Source: the human T2T-CHM13v2.0 reference genome, Homo sapiens
Direction: 5' to 3' (one strand)
DNA: 64,000 nucleotides
Assembly: GCF_009914755.1 (NCBI RefSeq)
Contig: NC_060930.1
A program made the position numbers and the translations under genes. The notes beneath the pieces were generated by a model that was given only the letters and a program-made list of their open reading frames with translations, ran no database searches and was not told where the DNA came from. Position 1 is the first letter of the stretch; the number at the start of each line of letters is the position of its first letter. Positions 45,099 through 64,000 of this stretch are shown piece after piece.

Positions 45099-47577
45099 TA
45101 TATATATATTTTTATATATATATATATGCACACACCACAGTTTCTTTAACTACTCGTTGATTGATGGGCATTTGGGTTGGTTCCACATTTTTGCAATTGT
45201 GAATTGTGCTGCTATAAACATACATGTGTAAGTATCTTTTTTGTATAATGACTTCTTTTCCTCTGGGTAGATACCCAGCAGTGGGATTGCTGGATCAAAT
45301 GGTAATTCTACTTTTAGTCCCTTAAGGATCCTCCAAACTGTTTTCCACAGTGGCTGCACCAGTTTACATTCCCACCAGCAGTGTAGAAGTGTTCCCCTTT
45401 CATCACATCCATGCCAGAGTCTATTATTTTTTAATTTTTTGTTTATTCTGGCTATTTTTGCGGGAGTAAGGTGGTATTGCGTTTTGGTTTTGATTTGCAC
45501 TTTCCTGATCATCAGTGATGCTGAGCACCTTTTCATATGTTTGTTGGCCATTTGTATATCCTGTTTCGAGAATCATCTATTCATGTCCCTAGCCCACCCT
45601 TTGATGTGATTTTTTTCTTGCTGATTTGTGTGAGTTCATTGTAGATTCTGAATATTAATCCTTTGTCAGATGTATACATTTTGAAGATTTTCTTTCACTC
45701 TGTTGGTTTACTGTTTACTCTGCTGACTGTTCCTTTTGCCATGCAAAAGCTCTTTAGTTTAATTAAGTCCCACCTATTTATCTTTGTTTTTATTGTATTT
45801 GCTTTTGGGTTCTTGGTCATGAAATCCTTGCCTAAGCCCAATGTCTAGAAGGGTTTTTCTGATGTTATCTCCTAGAATTTTTAATAGTTTCAGGTGTTAG
45901 ATTTAAGTCGTTGATCCATCTTGAGTTTTGTGTACAGTGAGAGATGAGGATGTAGTTTCATTCTCCCACATGTGGCTTGCCAATTATACCAGCACCATTT
46001 GTTGAATAGGGTGTCCTTTCCCCACTTTGTTCTTGTTTGCTTTGTCAAAGACCAGTTGGCTGTAAATATTTAGGTTTATTTCTGGGATCTCTATTTTGTT
46101 CCACTGGTCTGTGTGCCTGTTTTTATACCAGTACCACGCTGTTTTGGTGACTATAGCCTTATAGTATAGTTTGAAATCAGGTAATGTGATGCCTCCAGAT
46201 TTGTTCTTTTCACTTAATCTTGCTTTGGCTCTGTGGGCTCTTTTTTTGTTCTATATGAATTTTAGGATTGTCTTTTCTAGTTCTGTGGAGAATGATAGTG
46301 GTATTTTTATGAGAATTGCACTGAATTTGTAGATTGCTTTTGGCAGTATGGTCATTTTCACAATATTGATTCTACCCATCTGTGAGCATGGGATGTGTTT
46401 CCATTTGTTTGTGTCATTTATGATTTTTTTCAGCAGTGTTTTGTAGTTTTCCTTGTGGAAGTCTTTCACCTCCTTGGTTAGATATATTCCTAAGTATTTT
46501 ATTTTATTTTTTTTGCAGGTATTGTAAAAGGAGTTGAGTTCTTGATTTGAGTCTCAGCTTGGTCACTGTGGGTGTATAGGAGAGTTACTGATTTGTGTAT
46601 ATTCATTTTGTATTCTGAAACACTGGTGAATTCATTTATCAATTCAAAGAGCTTTTTGGAGGAGTCTTTAGGGTTTTCCAGGTATACAATCACATCATCA
46701 GCAAACAGTGACAATCTGACTTCCTCTTTACCGATTTGGACGCTCTTTATTTCTTTCTCTTGTCTGCTCTGGCTAGCACTTCCAGTACTATGTTGAATAG
46801 AAGTAGTAAGAGTGGGCATTCTTGTCTCAAGAGTAAATGCTTTCAACTTTTCCCCATTCAATATTATATTGGCTGTAGTTTTGTCATAGATGGCTTTTAT
46901 TACATTGAGGTATGTCCCTTGTATGCTGATTTTGCGGAGGGTTTTAATTACAAAGGGATGCTGGATTTTGTCAAATGCTTTTTCTGCATCTATTGAAATG
47001 ACAATGTAATTTTTGTTTTTAATTCTGTTTATATGGTGTATCACATTTATTGACTTGAGTATGTTAAATTATCCCTGCATCTGTGGTATAAAACCCACTT
47101 TATCATGGTGGATTATCTTTTTGATATGTTGTTGGATTTGGTTAGCTAATTTTTTAAAGGATTTTTTCATTTATGTATATCAGGGATATTGATCTGTAGT
47201 TAAATTCTTTTTTTGTTAGGTTTTTTCGTGGTTTGGGTATTAGGGGATACTGGCTTCATAGGATAATTTAGGGAGGATTCCCTCTTTGCCTATCTTGTGG
47301 AATAGTGTCAATAGAATTGATACCAATTCTTGGACTGTCTGGTAGAACTGGTAGAATTCAGCTCTAAATCAGTCTTGTCCTGGACTTTTTTTTGTTGGTG
47401 ACTTTTTTGTTACCATTTCAATCTCACTGCTTATTATTGGTCTGTTCAGGGTATCTAATTCTTTATTTATGCTAAGAGGGTTGTATCTTTCCAGGAATTT
47501 ATCCATCTCCTCTAGGTTTTCTAGTTTATGCATGTAAAGGTATTCATAGTAGCTTTGAATAATCTTTTGTATTTCTG
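44700..47577 (-). mobile_element. 5'-truncated L1PB1-like LINE-1 with internal (TA)n at about 45068-45127
   Basis: L1PB 3'UTR (GTGATTTGTGAGATTTTGGTGCACCCATCACC-like). ORF2 fragments 45150..45551, 46251..46469 and 46499..47044 (LFADD). Confidence 0.9.
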
Positions 47578-47730
47578 GCAGTAAAGTTATTTTAAATAAC
47601 TAATATGCCATAATCAAGTGAGAATTCAAAAGTTTGACACAAATCTTTTTAACAATTAATCTTATTAATAGTAAAAAGAAAATATAACGTATGTTCTAAA
47701 TACAGAATGGGGATGAGTGTTTAATAGAAC

Positions 47731-48467
47731 TGAATCTGCCTTTGCAAAAATAATGACAGTGAAAGAAATCTAACATTGATGGCTCCATCTTGTGTCTAAC
47801 CTCACATGCTAACTGCCTTTGTTAACTACAAAACAAAGATGTAAACAGTCCCTTTCTGAAAATCACCTTCTTTTATTTGAGGGACTGAAACTGTCTTTGT
47901 AAGACTAATGAAAGACCAGAAGACTAGGATTATGGGAAAGGCCTAAATTCTAGGATGTAGTTAAACAGCAACCAGCCATTGTTCTCTAGCTTGACTCTCT
48001 ATAATTCCTTAATGCTTAAGAGTCATGCAGCCAGAAATCACAGGATTTATAACTTCCATAATTCCTCCTATAGATAACAATACATTGTCAAAACACAAGC
48101 TTGGTCTTTGAGACATTTTGCAGACTTTCTAATTATGACTGACTCCACCGGGACTAATGACTCATATCAAGGAACTGACTCAACTGGTGACCCCCACCCA
48201 GGAACTGACAGCATGCTCAGACAGTATGGACACTCCTGTGATTTCATTGCTAACCAATCAGCAGCACCATTCCTAATTCATGCCTGTCAAATTATCCTTA
48301 AAAACCCTGGTTTTCAAGCTCTCAAAGAAGTGGATTTCAGAAATGTCTCCGGTTCTTCCTCTTGGCCATCCCTGTGATAATTAAAGTTTCTTTGCTGCAA
48401 ACCTGCTGTCCTCAGTGCATTAGCTTTTTCTGGACAGCAGGCAAGAAGAATCCATTGAGCTCTTACA
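47731..48467 (+). mobile_element. LTR8-family solo LTR (ERV1)
   Basis: TGAATCTGCCTTTGCAAAAATAATGACAGTGAAAGAAATCTAAC...CTCCATCTTG at the start; ends TTACA. Confidence 0.8.
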
Positions 48468-48682
48468 AAATTCAACATTTATTCACAGTTTAAAGAAATC
48501 TGTAGAAGAATAATTGCAAAGGAAATACAAATTATGTTATGTCAATAACCAACTCCATGCTTAATCATAATTAATAAAAACTTTCTCACAAATAAACTGT
48601 ATGTATATATGTCAACATTTTGACAATGCATACAACCCAACTCAACAATTCTACTATGAGATTTCTTCTTAGAAAATTATTA

Positions 48683-50585
48683 GCTCTCCCCCTCCCTCTC
48701 CCCTCTCCCCTCTCCCCTCTCCCCTCTCCCCTCTCCCCACGGTCTCCCTCTCCCTCTCTTTCCACGGTCTCCCTCTCATGCTGAGCCAAAGCTGGACTGT
48801 ACTGCTGCCATCTCGGCTCACTGCAACCTCCCTGCCTGATTCTCCTGACTCAGCCTGCCGAGTGCCTGCGATTGCAGGCTCGCGCCGCCATGCCTGACTG
48901 GTTTTGGTGGAGACAGGGTTTCGCTGTGTTGGCCAGGCCGGTCTCCAGCCCCTAACCGCAAGTGATCCGCCAGCCTCGGCCTCCCGAGGTGCCGGGATTG
49001 CAGATGGAGTCTCGTTCACTCAGTGCTCAATGGTGCCCAGGCTGGAGTGCAGTGGTGTGATCTCGGCTCGCTACAACCTCCACCTCCCAGCCGCCTGCCT
49101 TGGCCTCCCACAGTGCTGAGATAGCAGCCTCTGCCCGGCTGCCACCCCGTCTGGGAAGTGAGGAGCGTCTCTGCCTGGCCGCCCATCGTCTGGGATGTGA
49201 GGAGCCCCTCTGCCTGGCTGCCCAGTCTGGAAAGTGAGGAGTGTCTCCGCCCGGCCGCCATCCCACCTAGGAAGTGAGGAGCACCTCTTCCCGGCCGCCA
49301 TCACATCTAGGAAGTGAGGAGCATCTCTGCCCGGCCGCCCATCATCTGAGATATGGGGAGTGACTCTGCCCTGCCGCCCCGTCTGGGATGTGAGGAGCAC
49401 CTCTGCCCGGCTGCGACCCCGTCTGGGAGGTGAGGAGCATCTCTGCCCGGCCGCCCCGTCTGAGAAGTTAGGAGACCCTCTGCCCGGCAACCGCCCCGTC
49501 TGAGAAGTAAGGAGCCCCTCCGCCCGGCAGCCGCCCCGTCTGAGAAGTGAGGAGCCTCTCCGCCCGGCAGCCACCCAGTCTGGGAAGTGAGGAGCATCTC
49601 CGCCTGGCAGCCGCCCCATCCGGGAGGGAGGTGGGGGGGTCAGCCCCCTGCCCCGCCAGCTGCCCTGTCCGGGAGGGAGGTGGGGGCATCAGCCCCCCGC
49701 CCGGCCAGCCGCCCCGTCCGGGAGGGAGGTGGGGGGGTCAGCCCCCCACCCGGCCAGCCGCCCCGTCCGGGAGGTGAGGGGTGCCTCTACCCGGCCACCC
49801 CTACTGGGAAGTGAGGAGCCCCTCTGCCCGGCTGCCCCTACTGGGAAGTGAGGAGCCCCTCTGCCCGGCCAGCCGCCCCCTCCGAGAGGGAGGTGGGGGG
49901 GTCAGCCCCCCGCCCGGCCAGCCGCCCCGCCCGGGAGGGAGGTGGGGGGGTCAGCCCCCTGCCTGGCCAGCCGCCCCACCCGGGAGGTGAGGGGCGCCTC
50001 TGCCCGGCCTCCCCTACTGGGAAGTGAGGAGCCCCTCTGCCCAGCCACCACCCCATCTGGGAGGTGTGCCCAACAGCTCATTGAGAACTGGCCAGGATGA
50101 CAATGGCGGCTTTGTGGAATAGAAAGGTGGGAAAGGTGGGGAAAAGATTGAGAAATCGGATGGTTGCCGTGTCTGTGTAGAAAGAAGTAGACATGGGAGA
50201 CTTTTCATTTTGTTCTGTACTAAGAAAACTTCTTCTGCCATGGGATCCTGTTGATCTGTGACCTTACCCCCAACCCTGTGCTCTCTGAAACATGTGCTGT
50301 GTCCACTCAGGGTTAAATGGATTAAGGGCGGTGCAAGATGTGCTTTGTTAAACAGATGCTTGAAGGCAGCATGCTCCTTAAGAGTCATCACCACTCCCTA
50401 ATCTCAAGTACCCAGGGACACAAACACTGCAGAAGGCCGCAGGGTCCTCTGCCTAGGAAAACCAGAGACCTTTGTTCACTTGTTTATCTGCTGACCTTCC
50501 CTCCACTATTGTCCTATGACCCTGCCAAATCCCCCTCTGTGAGAAACACCCAATTATCAATAAAAAATAAATTAAAAAAAAAAAA
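48683..50585 (+). mobile_element. Full-length SVA (SVA_B/C-like)
   Basis: (CCCTCT/CCCCTCT)n head, antisense Alu-like domain, GC-rich VNTR at about 49130-50060, SINE-R, AATAAA and poly(A). 12-bp TSD AGAAAATTATTA at 48671-48682 and 50586-50597. Confidence 0.97.
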
Positions 50586-50701
50586 AGAAAATTATTATAT
50601 AAGGATGCATGTATAACATATTATTTATAATTGTTAATATAAGGTAATAAAATTTCTTTTTATTATTATTTTTATTTTATTTTATTTTATTTTATTTGTT
50701 T

Positions 50702-50732
<31 letters not shown>

Positions 50733-50941
50733 TTATTATTATACTTTAAGTTTTAGCGTACATGTGCACAATGTGCAGGTTAGTTACATATGTATACATG
50801 TGCCATGCTGGTGCGCTGCACCCACTAACTCGTCATCTAGCATTAGGTATATCTCCCAATGCTATCCCTCCCCCGTCCCCCACCCCACAACAGTCCCCAG
50901 AGTGTGATGTTCCCCTTCCTGTGTCCATGTGTTCTCATTGT

Positions 50942-54764
<3,823 letters not shown>

Positions 54765-54827
54765 TATGATGTTAGCTGGTTATTTTGCTGGTTAGTTGAT
54801 GCAGTTTCTTCCTAGTCTCGATGCGCT

Positions 54828-55839
54828 TTACATTTTGGCATGATTTTGCAGGGGCTGGTACCGGTTTTTCCTTTCCATGTTTAGTGCTTCCTTCAGGAGC
54901 TCTTTTAGGGCAGGCCTGGTGGTGACAAAATCTCTCAGCATTTGCTTATCTGTAAAGTATTTTATTTCTCCTTCACTTATGAAGCTTAGTTTGGCTGGAT
55001 ATGAAATTCTGGGTTGAAAATTCTTTTCTTTAAGACTGTGGAATATTGGCCCCCACTCTCTTCTGGCTTGTAGAGTGTCTACTGAGAGATCTGCTGTTAG
55101 TCTGATGTGCTTCTCTTTGAGGGTAACCCGACCTTTCTCTCTGGCTGCCCTTAACATTTTTTCCTTCATTTCAACTTTGGTGAATCTGACAATTATGTGT
55201 CTTGGAGTTGCTCTTCTCGAGGAGTATCTTTGTGTCATTCTCTGTATTTCCTGAATGTGAATGTTGGCCTGCCTTGCTAGATTGGGGAAGTTCTCCTGGA
55301 TAATATCCTGCAGAGTGTTTTCCAACTTGGTTCCATTCTCCCTGTCACTTTCAGGTACACCAATCAGACATAGATTTGGTCTTTTCACATAGTCCCATAT
55401 TTCTTGGAGGCTTTGCTCATTTCTTTTTATTCTTTTTTCTCTAAACTTCCCTTCTCACTTCATTTCATTCATTTCATCTTCCATCGCTGATACCCTTTCT
55501 TCCAGTTGATCGCATCGGCTCCTGAGGCTTCTGCATTCTTCACGTAGTTCTCGAGCCTTGGTTTTCAGCTCCATCAGCTCCTTTAAGCACTTCTCTGTAT
55601 TGGTTATTCTAGTTATACATTCTTCTAAATTTTTTTCAAAGTTTTCAAGTTCTTTGCCTTTGATTTGAATGTCCTCCCATAGCTCGGAGTAATTTGATTG
55701 TCTGAAGGCTTCTTCTCTGAGCTTGTCAAAGTCATTCTCCGTCCAGCTTTGTTCCGTTGCTGGTGAGGAACTGTGTTTCTTTGGAGAAGGAGAGGTGCTC
55801 TGTAGAGTTTCCAGTTTTTCTGTTCTGTTTTTTTCCCAT
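54828..55839 (-). pseudogene. L1 ORF1p, disrupted
   Basis: ATG at 55839. The C-terminal 186 aa are open (54828..55388, ending YQPLQNHAKM); the N-terminal part carries an indel. Confidence 0.9.
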
Positions 55840-56755
55840 CTTTGTGGTTTTATCTACTTTTGGTCTTTGATGATGGTGATGTACAGATAGATTTTTGGTG
55901 TGGATGTCCTTTCTGTTAGTTTTCCTTCTAACAGACAGGACCCTCAGCTGCAGGTCTTTTGGAGTACCTGGCCGTGTGAGGTGTCAGTCTGCCCCTGCTA
56001 GGGGATGCCTCCCAGTTAGGCTGCTCGGGGGTCAGGGGTCAGGGACCCACTTGAGGAGGCAGTCTGCCCATTCTCAGATCTCCAGCTGCATGCTGGGAGA
56101 ACCACTGCTCTCTTCAAAGCTCAGATGGAAATGCAGAAATCACCCATCTTCTGCCTCGCTCACGCTGGGAGCTGTAGACGGGAGCTGTTCCTATTTGGCC
56201 ATCTTGGCTGCTCCCCCTAAACTAAAGTTTCTAAAGGTGAAATTAGTATGGTCAATTACTATTTATTACCACAGGCAAGTGCTATATAACCATTAAAATT
56301 ATGGTTGAGGGATCTAGTTAGAGTTGCTAAATTGAGCACACCCATATTCTTTCAATTTTATGAAATGCTATTGAATGGTAGTACAGAAACAAAACAAAGT
56401 TTGCAAACACAAGTACAAAGAGAAAGAGAGTTGATACATATGTGGGAAAGAGACTTCAATGTTTTTGAGGGAGAGAAAGCAGATGGAGGGGAGATAATTG
56501 ACTGAATATAATGGATTGGGATATAATTTATTGTACCCAGAGAGGATCTTTGGTTTAGTAGTGAGCATAAACACCTTGCAGAACCCCTAGGGAGTGACAG
56601 AAATTAGGTGAACAGTTGGAATTTAAAAGTTTGCATGCAGAGTGATTGGAACCCACTTCCCCTCCTTTACTCTATTTGTCCAAGCAGCTGCCTCCGCCTC
56701 ATTTTATCTACCTAACCTACTTTCAGGTTATAAGTTTAGCAAAATGCAATTCTAG

Positions 56756-56756
<1 letters not shown>

Positions 56757-56787
<31 letters not shown>
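56757..56787. repeat. (ATT)n microsatellite
   Basis: About 10 ATT units. Confidence 0.9.
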
Positions 56788-56788
<1 letters not shown>

Positions 56789-57331
56789 TTACCAGAGAAA
56801 CTCTGAACTCATTGATGGCAGAAAAATCAATGGGTTGGAACTAAACAAAGGGCACAGAACTAAACATAGAGGGATTACATGAAAGTTTACATAAGTTTGT
56901 GCAGCTCATTCAAATGTAAATATTCAGACACATGACCATCAGGTTGAAGTCTGGGTAATTTCGTTCTGACCAATTCTAGGGAATAAACTTATAGTTATAA
57001 ACATTTGTGAGACACAAATGCAAAGATGGCCATCATTCATTTTCCTTTGATACATTTAAATTAACAAGTCTTGCAGAGGCACAAAGACCATCCATTTCTA
57101 TAGGTATTTCACTCTTAAAGGTATAGAGATTTCTAAGGATTAAGAAACATTTTAGGAAACCTCTTCAACATGAAAAAAGAGACCAAAAGAAATAACTCTG
57201 AGAAAAACTCTGAAGAAACAGAGTGCTAGAAATAGAAACAAATGAACAAAAACCATTAAAACAAACAAACAAAAAGGCATTTTGATATGAGACAATATTA
57301 CACTTAAAAAAACAGAATGGGTAAAGAATAT

Positions 57332-63603
<6,272 letters not shown>

Positions 63604-63876
63604 AAAAAGCAGAATGGGGATATTTATAGGATACTTACAAAAGACAAAAGAATAAGATTTAGAAATTAAGAATGTAATAGCCAAGATAAAATATTACAAA
63701 CAGGAGTTGAAATATATGGCCTGGGAAATCTTCCAAGAAGAGGCAGGAAAAGAAAAGATAAAAAAACGGCAAGAAAATATTAACTTAAAGTATAAAAGTG
63801 GATGAGCAACAGCTGACTAATAGAAGTTACAAAAAAGTAGTTAAAAGAAAACAAAGAGTAGGTAATTATCTATAAT

Positions 63877-63918
63877 TACCTACATAATATAATAAAATAC
63901 CTACATAATATAATAAAA
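63877..63918. repeat. 21-bp perfect tandem duplication
   Basis: TACCTACATAATATAATAAAA occurs twice in tandem. Confidence 0.92.
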
Positions 63919-64000
63919 ATGTCCAAAGCTAAGGTACACATACCTCTTAATTTACAGAGCCCAATGTATGTCCAGCTTGGTGAATGAAGAAAGATACTCC

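Noticed and set aside
48586-50616. Many overlapping GC-rich ORFs up to 182 aa
   Set aside because: All lie within the SVA hexamer, Alu-like, VNTR and SINE-R domains, where stop-poor repeats produce spurious frames.

Overview
This is primate (hominoid, most likely human) AT-rich non-coding genomic DNA. I found no protein-coding host exon, RNA gene or CRISPR array. All long ORFs map to LINE-1, L2, Alu, SVA or LTR sequence. The left half (1-32 kb) mixes unique AT-rich DNA with old repeats (MIR, L2, MLT1, MER20, MER5, solo ERV LTRs, Alus). The right half (32-64 kb) is almost entirely nested retroelements: an internally deleted L1PA5/6, a twin-primed L1PA5, an L1PB1, a full-length SVA, an L1PA2/3 and a near-complete L1MA2. 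The strongest signal is the L1PA2/3 at 50658-56217, which was retrotransposed from a spliced RNA. Its 5'UTR lacks exactly the 524-bp GT...AG intron that is still present in the neighbouring L1 at 34473-34996 (SpIRE 97/622 class). The same two elements show the ZNF93-site-present and ZNF93-site-deleted 5'UTR states side by side. Other notable signals are a doubly deleted L1 with intact ends, a 43-bp L1 insertion, a cluster of templated-insertion scars at 36-38 kb and a pair of CTCF-like motifs. I found no convincing previously undescribed biological system. Subfamily names are recalled from consensus sequences and need RepeatMasker/Dfam confirmation.
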